In this document: positions 45,670 to 55,392 of the stretch, one piece after another | How the letters are laid out: every line of letters starts with the position of its first letter | Position numbering within the stretch: the stretch's first letter is position 1 | Assembly: GCA_035710125.1 (NCBI GenBank) | Contig: DASTDY010000070.1 | Location: forward strand, 25,396 to 89,395 | DNA length: 64,000 bases | Direction: 5' to 3' | Source of the DNA: Candidatus Saccharimonadales bacterium | GTDB lineage: Bacteria; Patescibacteriota; Saccharimonadia; Saccharimonadales; EFPC-124 | Notes under the pieces: generated by a model | What the model saw: only the letters and a program-made list of their open reading frames with translations | Told to the model about the DNA's origin: nothing | The model's database searches: none | Made by a program: the position numbers and the translations under genes

Positions 45670-45906
45670 ATGCAAGATACGCATTTCTTCATAGATTATT
45701 CACAACGAATCCGCAGCAGTAATGGCCATCCAAGAGATAACGAGTTCTTCATAAAAGATGGCCAGCACATTTTTGGCCCTAAAAATAGCGCAAAATATTG
45801 GATAGAGGGCGATCAAATTTTAAGCGACCAAGGCGACACTGGCTTTAGAATAATGCCCGATAAAAAAATCTTTGGCCCATCGCAACAACTGCCGTGGTTT
45901 GATTAG
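45670..45906 (+). CDS. Hypothetical small protein (78 aa) with internal short repeats (FFIKDGQHIFGPK / YWIEGDQILSDQGD / FRIMPDKKIFGPS)
   Basis: ORF only. A repeated [FY]-x-I-x-[DG]-x-x-IFGP-like unit was noticed by eye. Confidence 0.3.
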   Translation: MQDTHFFIDYSQRIRSSNGHPRDNEFFIKDGQHIFGPKNSAKYWIEGDQILSDQGDTGFRIMPDKKIFGPSQQLPWFD

Positions 45907-45965
45907 ATAATTAAAACGCTATATTGTACTAGGGTCTTGATACGTCTAGCGCAAAGGTGTAACAG

Positions 45966-46379
45966 ATGGACCGGCTCTGGGCTTTGGTTGGCGAATGGCT
46001 GGAGCGACTCGCACGTTGGAGGGCGCAGGGATACCTCAACCAAGCGCTCGCCACACGGATAAACGACAAGAAAAACCGCAAGTACAGCTGGGAATTGCGT
46101 GGCAAAAGCGCCACATGGCGAAAGCTCATGTACGGCAACAACCTAGAAGAAATAGTAGCCTGCACGGTTGTGTTGGCATATGGAAAACGGGTTGCGGTTG
46201 GCGCGTCGTTCCACATTGGCGAGCTGGTTGACCCCCAGTGCTTCCCGCCACGCAGCACGCTCACAGAGGTATTGCCGTATATCGGCTACTCCCCGGAGTA
46301 TTTCAGGCGCGATCCCGTGCTCTTTTATTCGCCCAAAGAGTTCAAGGTGGCAGTCGAGAACCTCGGTATACCCACTTGA
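45966..46379 (+). CDS. Hypothetical protein
   Basis: 137-aa ORF, moderately GC-rich, followed by an intrinsic terminator. Confidence 0.35.
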   Translation: MDRLWALVGEWLERLARWRAQGYLNQALATRINDKKNRKYSWELRGKSATWRKLMYGNNLEEIVACTVVLAYGKRVAVGASFHIGELVDPQCFPPRSTLTEVLPYIGYSPEYFRRDPVLFYSPKEFKVAVENLGIPT

Positions 46380-46465
46380 CATAAGAAGTGGGTGAGTACT
46401 GACGGATCGAGCGCAGCGGGCTTCCCACTCGGGAGGCCCGCCCCGTCATTTCCAGACAAATCCAC

Positions 46466-46492
46466 CACACCTTTACCGGTGTGTTTATTTTT
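46466..46492 (+). terminator. Rho-independent terminator (cacacc tttacc ggtgtg TTTATTTTT)
   Basis: 6-bp stem, 6-nt loop, then a 9-nt T-rich run. Sits 87 nt downstream of the 45966-46379 stop. Confidence 0.55.
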
Positions 46493-46637
46493 GGCCGAAC
46501 ACTCGACATATACCAAACTAATCTTCATAATATAAAGCATAAGCCAATTAGGGGGGCGTATTTCTTTCGACCGATCAATATCACCGTTCTGGTACCGCCG
46601 CATATGCGAGGTAGCACTGCTGATTTCGGTAACGATT

Positions 46638-48317
46638 ATGGTGTTGTACGGATTATCCGGCACAACCCTGGTTGTACCGCAGCACGCAGCGCTTATTGCG
46701 GGCTTCAACGCGCTTTTTAGTATCGGCGCATATTTTTTGGCACGCAGAAAAGCATCGTATTATGTGGCTCTTTCGGCATATATCACAACCTTTTTCACAG
46801 CCGGCGTGCTTATCCAGGCCACAGGGAATACATGGTCTCCGTTTATTTCTTTATGGCTGCTTATTGGCGTATTCTCGGGCGTACTAGGTTGGTGGGTGAT
46901 CTTATTTTTGGCTGCATGTTCAAACGCATTTGTTGCATACCAACTGTTTGCTTCTGGCATAGAATATTCCGCAGTCCGCATTATAGAAATCATTCTAGTT
47001 GCCGAGGCTCCCTTGGTCGCCAGTTACATAATTTGGCACAGCCAAAGCAAGAGCGAAAAAGAAGGCGACAACAAACAAGTAACCGCCCTTACCCAACAGC
47101 TTACAGCCGCCACCAGCAAATCCGATATTGTTATTAATGCCATTGCCGACGGTGTAGTTGCCATTGGCAGCGACCGCACTATCCAACTAATAAACCCTGC
47201 GGCGCAAACCCTTTTGGGCTGGCCAAGCAAAGACGCTTTAGGCCTAGACTACCGCTCAGTCATTAAATTAAGCGGCGCAAAGGGGCAACCGATCCCAGAG
47301 GATTTTTCGCCGATCCGGCAAGGCTTGCTATCTAACAAGCCAATCGAAAACCACGATCTAGAACTCACCACAAAATCTGGCAAGATCATCCTTATTTCAC
47401 TCATTGTATCTCCGGTGAGCCAAGAGGGTGGGGGAGTGATTGCCGTATTCCGCGACATCACCCGCGAAAAAGAAGAAGAACGCCAAAAGGCCGAGTTCAT
47501 TAGCACCGCCAGCCACGAAATGCGCACGCCTGTTGCCGCAATAGAAGGCTACCTGAGCCTAGCCATGAACCCAGCGACCGCCACCATAGACAGCAAAGCC
47601 GCGTCGTACCTGCAAAAAGCACACGAATCTACGCAGCATTTAGGGCGGCTTTTTCAGGATTTGCTTACTGTCTCTAAAGCCGACGACGCCCGCCTTGTGC
47701 CTCACCCTACAGTAATAGACCTCGTGGCGCTCACGCGCGAGATCATTTTTAGCTTGCAAGACAAGGCCAAAAAGAAGGGGATATTCTTAACCTTTATCCC
47801 AGGAGACAACGACACCGATAGCACCCGCCGCATTACCCCCGTGTACTACACATATGCCGACCAAGACCAAATCCGCGAAGTCTTAAGCAACTTAATTGAT
47901 AACGGCGTAAAATATACTAAACAAGGCACGGTGAGTGTTGATGTAACGGGCGATGACCAATCCGTAAGCGTTATAGTAACCGACAGTGGCATCGGGATCC
48001 CACCCGAAGACGTATCGCACCTGTTCCAAAAATTCTACCGAGTAGACAACAGCGATACACGAGAAATCGGCGGCACCGGCCTTGGCCTATACATTTCGCG
48101 CCGCCTAGTAGAAAGTAACAACGGCCATATTGGCGTTAACAGCACCTTTGGCAAGGGTAGCACTTTTTATGTGCAGCTACCGCGCCTCACCCACGACCAA
48201 GCAAATGCCATAATGGCGGCTGATACTTCGCCAAAACAAACCCAGGCAAAACCGGTGCCTGCCGCAACAAGCTCACGGCCGGCAACAAATCCGCCAACTC
48301 AAGCACAAGCAGTATAG
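46638..48317 (+). CDS. Sensor histidine kinase with multi-TM N-terminus, PAS domain, HisKA and HATPase_c; Thr/Pro/Ala-rich C-terminal tail
   Basis: Five or six TM helices. PAS-like SDIVINAIADGVVAIGSDRTIQLINPAAQTLLGW. H-box STASHEMRTPVAAIEGYLSL, N-box IDNGVKYT, G-boxes VTDSGIGIP and GGTGLGLYISRRLVESNNGHIGV. Confidence 0.8.
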   Translation: MVLYGLSGTTLVVPQHAALIAGFNALFSIGAYFLARRKASYYVALSAYITTFFTAGVLIQATGNTWSPFISLWLLIGVFSGVLGWWVILFLAACSNAFVAYQLFASGIEYSAVRIIEIILVAEAPLVASYIIWHSQSKSEKEGDNKQVTALTQQLTAATSKSDIVINAIADGVVAIGSDRTIQLINPAAQTLLGWPSKDALGLDYRSVIKLSGAKGQPIPEDFSPIRQGLLSNKPIENHDLELTTKSGKIILISLIVSPVSQEGGGVIAVFRDITREKEEERQKAEFISTASHEMRTPVAAIEGYLSLAMNPATATIDSKAASYLQKAHESTQHLGRLFQDLLTVSKADDARLVPHPTVIDLVALTREIIFSLQDKAKKKGIFLTFIPGDNDTDSTRRITPVYYTYADQDQIREVLSNLIDNGVKYTKQGTVSVDVTGDDQSVSVIVTDSGIGIPPEDVSHLFQKFYRVDNSDTREIGGTGLGLYISRRLVESNNGHIGVNSTFGKGSTFYVQLPRLTHDQANAIMAADTSPKQTQAKPVPAATSSRPATNPPTQAQAV

Positions 48318-48350
48318 CTTTTTTTGCCATTGGTACGTACAATATAGGCA

Positions 48351-49313
48351 ATGACAAAGATAATGTTAGTTGAAGACGATAAAAGCCTGCGCGAAATCTA
48401 CGGCGTTCGCTTGCTTGCCGAGGGGTACGATATTGTATCGGCCGGCGACGGCGAAGAAGCCTTAGCCATGGCAATCAAAGAGCGGCCCAAGCTTATTATT
48501 ACCGATGTGATGATGCCCAAAATTAGCGGCTTCGACATGCTGGATATTCTGCGCTCTACCACCGAAACCCGAGATATTAAAGTAATAATGATGACCGCAC
48601 TCAGCTCAGACGACCAACGCGCCCGAGGCGAGCAAATGGGTGCTGACCGATATTTAGTAAAATCGCAAGTCGGCATAGAAGACGTCGTGCGTGTGGTGCA
48701 CGAGGTACTCGGCGACGCAGCCAGCCGCCCTTCGCCTGTACAGACCGCACCCGCTGCCCCTGTTGCTGCACGCCCTGCTGTACAGATGCCACCGGCGCAA
48801 CCACAAGCTGCTTCGACAACCCCGCAAACAACCTTCGCCGCGCCACCGCCGCGTGCACCAGTACCGCCGGCATCGGCAACAACCGCGCCTGCACCTCGAC
48901 CCTCTCAGCCGCAACCTGCACAGCAGTTCCACCAGATGCCGCCAATTAGCTCATCTACTGCAACCCCGCCATCAGCCAAACAACGCGTGATCCAACCAAT
49001 TGCCAATGCTACACCCAAAATAGATATCAACGAACTGCTCGACCGCGAACTCGCGCGTGAAGCTGGTGCCGCCGTTCCCCAAGTAGCAACTACCGCCCAA
49101 GAAAAAGCAGCGGTGCAAAGCCAGATTAGTTCTTTTGCGCCACCAAATGCGCAGCCTGTTGCGCAGGCTCAACCAGCACAACCTCAAGCTGCTGCTCCGA
49201 CTGCCGCGCCAGAACCACAACGGCCAGCCGTACAAGTACCGCCGCGCCCTGTGGCACCGGCACCGCCACAACCACCGCAGCCGCCTCAAACTCCTCCAGC
49301 GCCAGCTGCATAA
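48351..49313 (+). CDS. Response regulator: REC domain followed by ~200-aa Pro/Ala/Gln-rich low-complexity tail, no recognisable DNA-binding output
   Basis: MTKIMLVEDDKSLREIY...LIITDVMMPKISGFDML...MMTA (REC). Then APAAPVAARPAVQMPPAQPQAAS...PPQPPQPPQTPPAPAA. Confidence 0.75.
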   Translation: MTKIMLVEDDKSLREIYGVRLLAEGYDIVSAGDGEEALAMAIKERPKLIITDVMMPKISGFDMLDILRSTTETRDIKVIMMTALSSDDQRARGEQMGADRYLVKSQVGIEDVVRVVHEVLGDAASRPSPVQTAPAAPVAARPAVQMPPAQPQAASTTPQTTFAAPPPRAPVPPASATTAPAPRPSQPQPAQQFHQMPPISSSTATPPSAKQRVIQPIANATPKIDINELLDRELAREAGAAVPQVATTAQEKAAVQSQISSFAPPNAQPVAQAQPAQPQAAAPTAAPEPQRPAVQVPPRPVAPAPPQPPQPPQTPPAPAA

Positions 49314-49332
49314 ATGCGCTACAATACCAGGT

Positions 49333-50034
49333 ATGAATCCAGAACCTGTCCGGTTAAATAAGTTTATTGCCCAGCATCTTAACCTTGGCCGCCGTGCGGC
49401 CGATGACCTTATTGCTGACGGCAAAGTTACTATAAATGGGACACCCGCGACACTAGGCGACAGAGTACATCCAACCGACACAGTTATTGCAGACGGCAAG
49501 CAGATTACCTGGACAACCGAGCCAAACTTTTTATACGTACTCATGGACAAACCAGAGGGCTACGTGTGCAGCCGTAGGCAGCAAGGCGACACTCCCACTA
49601 TCTATTCGCTTTTGCCGCCCAAATACCAACACCTAAAGACAGTTGGGCGGCTCGACAAAAACTCGTCTGGCCTTATTTTGCTCACTAACGACGGCGACCT
49701 TGCACATCGCCTAACACACCCTAGTTTTGTAAAAATAAAACAGTACGAAGTAACACTTGACCGCCCCTTGGCGCCGCTACACCACCAAATGATCGCCGAC
49801 CACGGCATTACACTTTCTGACGGCGTAAGCAAGTTCCAACTACAGCGCCTGCGCGACAGCGACAGTACCGCCTGGCAAATAACCATGCACGAAGGCCGCA
49901 ACCGTCAAATCCGGCGCACATTTGCCGCACTTGGTTACGACGTTATAACGTTGCACCGCACTGCATTCGGATCTTTTACGCTTGCGGATTTACACGGCGC
50001 ACGCCTGTTACCAATTGCCAAACCGCACGCATAG
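49333..50034 (+). CDS. rRNA pseudouridine synthase (RsuA/RluB family; S4 domain + PseudoU_synth_2)
   Basis: VRLNKFIAQHLNLGRRAADDLIADGKVTINGT (S4). YVLMDKPEGYVCS...GRLDKNSSGLILLTNDGDLAHRLTHP (catalytic Asp in the GRLD context). Start set at ATG 49333; the longer upstream ORF lies within the preceding gene's tail region. Confidence 0.8.
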   Translation: MNPEPVRLNKFIAQHLNLGRRAADDLIADGKVTINGTPATLGDRVHPTDTVIADGKQITWTTEPNFLYVLMDKPEGYVCSRRQQGDTPTIYSLLPPKYQHLKTVGRLDKNSSGLILLTNDGDLAHRLTHPSFVKIKQYEVTLDRPLAPLHHQMIADHGITLSDGVSKFQLQRLRDSDSTAWQITMHEGRNRQIRRTFAALGYDVITLHRTAFGSFTLADLHGARLLPIAKPHA

Positions 50035-50107
50035 CTTGTACTTATAGGCTGTTCAATATATAATCCCAAGGCCAAATTAAAACTGGCGCCGACATGCGAG
50101 GTCGCTT

Positions 50108-50608
50108 ATGTCGCAGCATGCAGCAATTGTCCACGTCGCTCTTTTTGATGCCCGCGAAGGCCAGGGGTTAACCCTGGACCGGCACGGCCTTCGCCCAAAG
50201 GCGCTGTTACCAGCATTCCGTCAGGTGAGTTGGCGGCACAAATTGCCGCTGAGCGAAAGCCGCACCCTCCGCCGCTACAACACAGATTGCGTGACAGTCC
50301 GGCTGTTAATCTGGCCCTGGACTGTGATGGTGACGGACCACGACGGGCAAGAGGTAGCCATGCCGCTCCAGCCAGAGCTGGCGAAAAACACGCCACTCTT
50401 GCAGGCAATGTTTTTGCAGGCACAAATGACATCTATCCCGAACCTGGCCAGAGAGGAGCTCGAGGTTCACACTGCACAACTGCACCAGCACCTTACACGC
50501 AGCTCACGTTTAGCTGGCTCAAAGCCACGACTGCCAGACCTACCTGGCCCTGGCCTCATTGACGAGCTGCGTGTGGTCCTTACGGACCAGTTCGAAAGGT
50601 TGGACTAA
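50108..50608 (+). CDS. Hypothetical protein, high-GC islet
   Basis: 166-aa ORF at about 62% GC. No motif recognised. Confidence 0.35.
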   Translation: MSQHAAIVHVALFDAREGQGLTLDRHGLRPKALLPAFRQVSWRHKLPLSESRTLRRYNTDCVTVRLLIWPWTVMVTDHDGQEVAMPLQPELAKNTPLLQAMFLQAQMTSIPNLAREELEVHTAQLHQHLTRSSRLAGSKPRLPDLPGPGLIDELRVVLTDQFERLD

Positions 50609-50712
50609 GGTGACTGAACCCCCTCCGTCGCGGCGCGTAGCCCGGGGTATAACGTGCATTGCACGCAAGTACTTCGGGCTACGCCTAACCAGATCTGATA
50701 TAATCAAGCATA

Positions 50713-52059
50713 ATGAGCAATAAAAAAATCCCCACTGTCGCCATTGTTGGCCAAACTAATGTTGGAAAATCCAGCATTTTTAACCGTATGGTGGGTTCGC
50801 AGCAGGCCATTGTCGCCCGCGAGGCCGGCACCACACGCGATAGCGTAGTTGGTAAAGTCACCTCTGGGGACCACACTTTTTGGCTCGTTGACACTGCCGG
50901 GCTAAAAAACCCAGAAGACGAATTTGAAGCTACAATCCAAGAGCAAATAGAAGACGCAGTTACAGCAGCCGACGTTATTATTATGATGGTCGATGCCACT
51001 GCAATGGCCAGCGACGAAGACCGCGGTATTGCTAAAAAAGCCCTAAAATCACGCAAACCAGTCATTTTAGTTGTAAATAAGGCAGATAAAACCGGCGCAC
51101 TCCCAAGCGAAGACTTTTTGCGCCTTGGCATAAAGCACATGTTCCGCACAAGCGCAGAGCAGGGGAGCGGGGTGTACGAACTACTCGATGCCCTTACCGC
51201 CTTGCTGCCGCCCGCGCGCGATATTCCGCAAGACAACACACTGCGCATTGCTTTAATTGGCCGGCCAAATGTGGGCAAATCATCGCTCATAAACACACTT
51301 GCAGGCAAACAACAGGCGATTGTGGCGAACGTTGCAGGCACCACGCGCGACGTTAACCGCATCCGCGTGCGCTACCACCAGCGCGACGTTGAACTACTCG
51401 ACACTGCGGGTATCCGCCGAAGCGGCAAAATAGAGGTAGGCATAGAAAAATTCAGCGTGCTCCGCAGCCTACAGGCGATCGAAGAATCCGATATCTGCCT
51501 GCTTCTCATTGACGCAAACGACACACATGTATCACTCGACCAAAAGCTTGCCGGCATAATTAAAGAAGCAGGCAAGGGCTTGGTGATTGTAATCAGCAAG
51601 TGGGATAGCCTAGAAGACAAAACGCCATTTACGCGCGACCAGATTGCAGCCAAGCTTACCCAAAACTACCACCATGTGCCGTGGGCGCCGCTTATTTTTA
51701 CTAGCTCGGTAACAGGCCAAAATGTCGCAAAATTATTTGAACTCGCAGTAGAAATAGACGCCCGCCGCAAAACGCAGCTAAAAACAGTACAAGTAAACAA
51801 AGTCCTGCAAAAATCAATTCATGAGCACCCGCCAGCCGGCCTTAAAAACACGCGCCCTAAACTACGTTACATGGTACAAACCGATGTATCACCACCTTGG
51901 TTCGTTATATTCGGAGGCCACCTAAAACTCCTTCACTGGGGTTACAAGCGCTACCTAGAAAAAAACATGCGCGAAGCCTTTGATTTTACCGGCACGCCCA
52001 TAATGTTTAGTTTTAGAGAAGAAAAAAGCGAAAAATCTCACAAAAAACACTTGATCTGA
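50713..52059 (+). CDS. der: Ribosome-biogenesis GTPase Der (EngA), tandem GTPase domains + KH-like C-terminus
   Basis: Two G1 motifs, GQTNVGKSS and GRPNVGKSS. DTAG/DTAG G3 motifs. NKAD/SKWD G4 motifs. Confidence 0.9.
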   Translation: MSNKKIPTVAIVGQTNVGKSSIFNRMVGSQQAIVAREAGTTRDSVVGKVTSGDHTFWLVDTAGLKNPEDEFEATIQEQIEDAVTAADVIIMMVDATAMASDEDRGIAKKALKSRKPVILVVNKADKTGALPSEDFLRLGIKHMFRTSAEQGSGVYELLDALTALLPPARDIPQDNTLRIALIGRPNVGKSSLINTLAGKQQAIVANVAGTTRDVNRIRVRYHQRDVELLDTAGIRRSGKIEVGIEKFSVLRSLQAIEESDICLLLIDANDTHVSLDQKLAGIIKEAGKGLVIVISKWDSLEDKTPFTRDQIAAKLTQNYHHVPWAPLIFTSSVTGQNVAKLFELAVEIDARRKTQLKTVQVNKVLQKSIHEHPPAGLKNTRPKLRYMVQTDVSPPWFVIFGGHLKLLHWGYKRYLEKNMREAFDFTGTPIMFSFREEKSEKSHKKHLI

Positions 52060-52170
52060 TTTATAAATTTTAGTAAAATCGCCCTTGATGTGCCGCCAAA
52101 AGCGGCGCTTTCATTGTACCTACTACCGAGCGATCCTGAAGCAAGCTGCTTTACCTGTATGTAAACCGAA

Positions 52171-53031
52171 ATGCACTACTCGACAGGAAAGGGACACATC
52201 CCCGTGTTCACGCGTAAGGGAGTGCGTCGCGCACTCGCCACGCTGACGCTGGCGGCAGTCGCCAGCCTCTCAGCAGCACCGATTGCCAATGCCGACCCGA
52301 CCACCAACGACACCGTCACGGCCACCGAGATCGCGGCCGCGCTGACCAAGGCCGACGCGCAGAACTCGGCGACCATCGCCGCGCCCGTGGCGTCCACAGC
52401 GGACGCCGACTCGGCCGCGCAGACACTCACCATCGACGTCCCCAAGGACGCCGACGCGGGCGTCAGCATGAAGTCGACCGACGGCCTGCCCACCCTCACG
52501 GTGGACCTGCCCAACGCCGACAACGCAGCCAACGCCACGCGCCTGCCGGACGGCACGGTGGTGTACCCGTCGAACGACGGCTCGGCCAACGCCGTGATCG
52601 CCGCCGAGGGCGACAGCGCACAGATGATCACGACCATCGCCAACAACGGCGCGCCGACGCACTACGAGTACGGCCTGAAGGTGGCCGGTGGCAGCAACGT
52701 GGTTCTGATGGAGAGCGGCGGCGCCCTGGTGAACGACACCAACGGCAACACGCTGCGGGCCGTGCCGGCTCCGTGGGCGCGTGACGCCAAGGGCGCGACC
52801 GTCCCCTCGCACTACGCGACCAACAACGGCGCGCTCACCCTGGTGGTCGACCACACCAGCGGCAACTACGCGTACCCCATCGTGGCTGACCCCATCTGGA
52901 TCCCGGCCTACCTGGTCTGGCGCATCATCAAGTGCGGCGGCTCGGGCGCGCTGGCGTGGATCACCGCGGGTGGCTTCAACTGGTGGCAGCGCCTGCTCAT
53001 CTCGGTGGGCGCGTGCGTGTTCTCGCTGTAG
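52171..53031 (+). CDS. Hypothetical secreted protein, very high GC (~68%); probable GTG start near 52204 with signal peptide ...ALATLTLAAVASLSAAPIANA/DP
   Basis: Actinobacteria-like signal peptide and A/T/D/G/N-rich mature region. C-terminal hydrophobic/Trp-rich segment (IWIPAYLVWRIIKCGGSGALAWITAGGFNWW). The antisense ORF 52270-53037 is R/G junk. Confidence 0.45.
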   Translation: MHYSTGKGHIPVFTRKGVRRALATLTLAAVASLSAAPIANADPTTNDTVTATEIAAALTKADAQNSATIAAPVASTADADSAAQTLTIDVPKDADAGVSMKSTDGLPTLTVDLPNADNAANATRLPDGTVVYPSNDGSANAVIAAEGDSAQMITTIANNGAPTHYEYGLKVAGGSNVVLMESGGALVNDTNGNTLRAVPAPWARDAKGATVPSHYATNNGALTLVVDHTSGNYAYPIVADPIWIPAYLVWRIIKCGGSGALAWITAGGFNWWQRLLISVGACVFSL

Positions 53032-53065
53032 CCACAACGGCTACATGCAAGTAGGTGCATGAACG

Positions 53066-53362
53066 GTGGGCGTCATTCTTCGGAATGGCGTCCCACCGCG
53101 TGTACATGATATAGTAACCAAAAATAAGGGTGTAAAAATGATAGAAATTCTAATAACCGCAACAATTTTTATTGGCATTATCTTGTTCTTCATTAAACAA
53201 AAAACCGCCGCGTACGTTATAGGCGGAATCGGATTTGCATGGTTGGCATTTTACCAGCTTACACAGGGCCAAACAGTTGGTTTAATCGCACTAATCTTTA
53301 CCGTTGGCTGCATAGAGCGGCTCATAGATATTTGGCGACCAAAAAAGTCGGCTAAAAAATAA
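53066..53362 (+). CDS. Small two-TM membrane protein (likely true start at ATG 53139, MIEILITATIFIGIILFFI...)
   Basis: AT-rich ORF with two hydrophobic helices and a basic C-terminal end (RPKKSAKK). Confidence 0.4.
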   Translation: MGVILRNGVPPRVHDIVTKNKGVKMIEILITATIFIGIILFFIKQKTAAYVIGGIGFAWLAFYQLTQGQTVGLIALIFTVGCIERLIDIWRPKKSAKK

Positions 53363-53382
53363 CCTTACCCTACAAACGAAAG

Positions 53383-53413
53383 AAGGCGTCTGCACCAGAA
53401 GTACAGACGCCTT
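53383..53413. terminator. Hairpin aaggcgtctg-N11-cagacgcctt followed by TCTTCGTT; likely bidirectional terminator between convergent genes
   Basis: 10-bp perfect stem, read directly, 20 nt after the 53362 stop and upstream of the stop of the minus gene 53445-54128. Confidence 0.5.
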
Positions 53414-53444
53414 TCTTCGTTACTGCTTAGGGATGGGCAGGCTG

Positions 53445-54128
53445 TCAGCGCGTGCGGCGTTTCCGCTGACCGGGCTTCAGCCGCTTGGGGCGCTCCTTCT
53501 TGGCCTCCTTGCGGACTGTCTTGGCCTCGGTCTCAGCCGCCACGGCACCTTCTTGCTCAGCGCGCAACCAGAGCTTGGCCCGGTTGAGCCACATGTTCCA
53601 GAGCGTCCAGCCGATCAGCGCGCCAAGACCGTAGTGGGCGATATCCCACCAGTCGAAACCACCAACACCAAGCTCCTCCTTGGAATCGGGGTTCTCTTGC
53701 TTGAGCTTGAAGATGATCGCACCCGCCAGCACTTCGTAGCCAACAGAGACGACAAAGCCGATCAGCGCGCCACGGCGCCACACGCCGCCGTACTGAACTG
53801 CCCGCTCTGCACGCTCAAGTTTTGGCATTGACCGGTCCCAAGAGAACCGGGCAGCCACCCCTCTGCTGAAGATCACGGCAGCGAACAACGGAAACCCGAT
53901 GTCGCCCATGTGCCAACGAACCCACTCAGGACCCACTTGGGCGAACTTCAGCCCTGTGCCCAGGCCGTAGAGCGAAATTGTGACCCAAAAGAGTCTTTCG
54001 AGCCACTCGTACCGACTACGGCCAAGCGAGCGAACTGCCTGCACAACGCAAAAGGCCCCGTGCAGGGCGCTCGCAATCGCAATCACGAGGCCGCCGTAAA
54101 ACCGTATCCAATCCGGAATCAAGTTCAC
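53445..54128 (-). CDS. Hypothetical membrane protein with Lys/Arg-rich C-terminal tail, high-GC islet
   Basis: 227 aa. Four or five TM-like helices, then ...AETEAKTVRKEAKKERPKRLKPGQRKRRTR. Confidence 0.4.
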   Translation of the reverse strand: MNLIPDWIRFYGGLVIAIASALHGAFCVVQAVRSLGRSRYEWLERLFWVTISLYGLGTGLKFAQVGPEWVRWHMGDIGFPLFAAVIFSRGVAARFSWDRSMPKLERAERAVQYGGVWRRGALIGFVVSVGYEVLAGAIIFKLKQENPDSKEELGVGGFDWWDIAHYGLGALIGWTLWNMWLNRAKLWLRAEQEGAVAAETEAKTVRKEAKKERPKRLKPGQRKRRTR

Positions 54129-54234
54129 GATTACTCCTAATTCGCAACGAAGCTAGATAAAACCATACCATAAAAACAATAAAACTACAAGACAAAGCGC
54201 CCTCTTGCAGGGCGCCCGTCTTCACCTTAAAACA

Positions 54235-54717
54235 TCAGCTGCTGATTTGGTTGAACCGGCGCCCCCACAGCCACAGCATGAACGTGCCGTACGCACCACC
54301 CACCACATGGGGGAGGGCAGCAACCGGATCCAGTCCCACGGCCGGCGTCTGCAATGCGTGCAAGGCAAGCGCCAAGGCGCAGCTCACCATGATCGCCGGC
54401 GAGAGCCGAACGAACCGCTTCATCGCGTGGTTGGACGGCAGCCTCCGAGAGAAGCCACACATCAGCAAGAACAGTCCAACTAGCACCGGCGCCGCCACCA
54501 GGGTGGACATGTTCGCATCGCCAACGAACTGCCACAGAGGGCTTGGCTGCCACGACATATCAATTGCCGCTGTTACACTCAACCACAAGGGCAAGGGCAA
54601 CGAGAACAGCCAGACGTACGCCCACGCACGGAACTCGTACGCGAACCACAGCCAGATTGCCACGCCAACCACACCGACCGCAAAGACCGCAGGAGCAAAC
54701 ATCACGTCACACCTCAC
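54235..54717 (-). CDS. Hypothetical polytopic membrane protein, high-GC islet
   Basis: 160 aa, four hydrophobic helices rich in W/L/A/V. Confidence 0.4.
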   Translation of the reverse strand: MRCDVMFAPAVFAVGVVGVAIWLWFAYEFRAWAYVWLFSLPLPLWLSVTAAIDMSWQPSPLWQFVGDANMSTLVAAPVLVGLFLLMCGFSRRLPSNHAMKRFVRLSPAIMVSCALALALHALQTPAVGLDPVAALPHVVGGAYGTFMLWLWGRRFNQISS

Positions 54718-54777
54718 AAAATAGGGTATGATAAAAGGGAAGACCCTAAAACTATACTATAAAATATATTTTTTACA

Positions 54778-55341
54778 ATGAAGCTTATTATTGGACTTGG
54801 TAATATCGGAACACATTTTGAAAAAACCAGACATAACGTTGGATTTATGGCGGTAGATGCGTGGGTACAAGCACACCAGAGTGAATGGCAATCAAAAGAT
54901 AAATTTAAGGCGTTGGTCGCCGAAACGACGTTGCATAACGAAAAAATCATACTTATTAAACCTACAACGTATTACAACTTGTCTGGGGATGCCACACGGC
55001 TAGTGAAAGACTTTTACAAAATAGATACCCAAAATATTTTGGTTGTTCACGACGAGCTTGCGCTCCCGTTTGGAACGGTTCGTATGCGGCAGGGCGGTAG
55101 TGATGCAGGAAACAATGGCATAAAAAGTATCGTGGCCACGATTGGCGCCGACTTTGCTCGCATACGGGTAGGTATTGCAAATGACCTTCTTGCCACACAT
55201 GATGCCGCAGATTTTGTACTCAATCGTTTTACGCCTAGCGAAACCGAGCAATGGCCAACTATCAACCACGAGGTTATGCGACATATAACAGCGTTCGCAG
55301 ACGAATCGCAAACCTTCTTCCCCACGAGTGTCCGGGTATAA
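54778..55341 (+). CDS. pth: Peptidyl-tRNA hydrolase
   Basis: MKLIIGLGNIGTHFEKTRHNVGFMAVD...VVHDELALPFGTVRMRQGGSDAGNNGIKSI carries the conserved Pth catalytic His/Asp context. Confidence 0.85.
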   Translation: MKLIIGLGNIGTHFEKTRHNVGFMAVDAWVQAHQSEWQSKDKFKALVAETTLHNEKIILIKPTTYYNLSGDATRLVKDFYKIDTQNILVVHDELALPFGTVRMRQGGSDAGNNGIKSIVATIGADFARIRVGIANDLLATHDAADFVLNRFTPSETEQWPTINHEVMRHITAFADESQTFFPTSVRV

Positions 55342-55392
55342 AATTAAAGAGAAGGGACACCCGGCTGGGCGCCCCACTCTTCACTGCATGAA

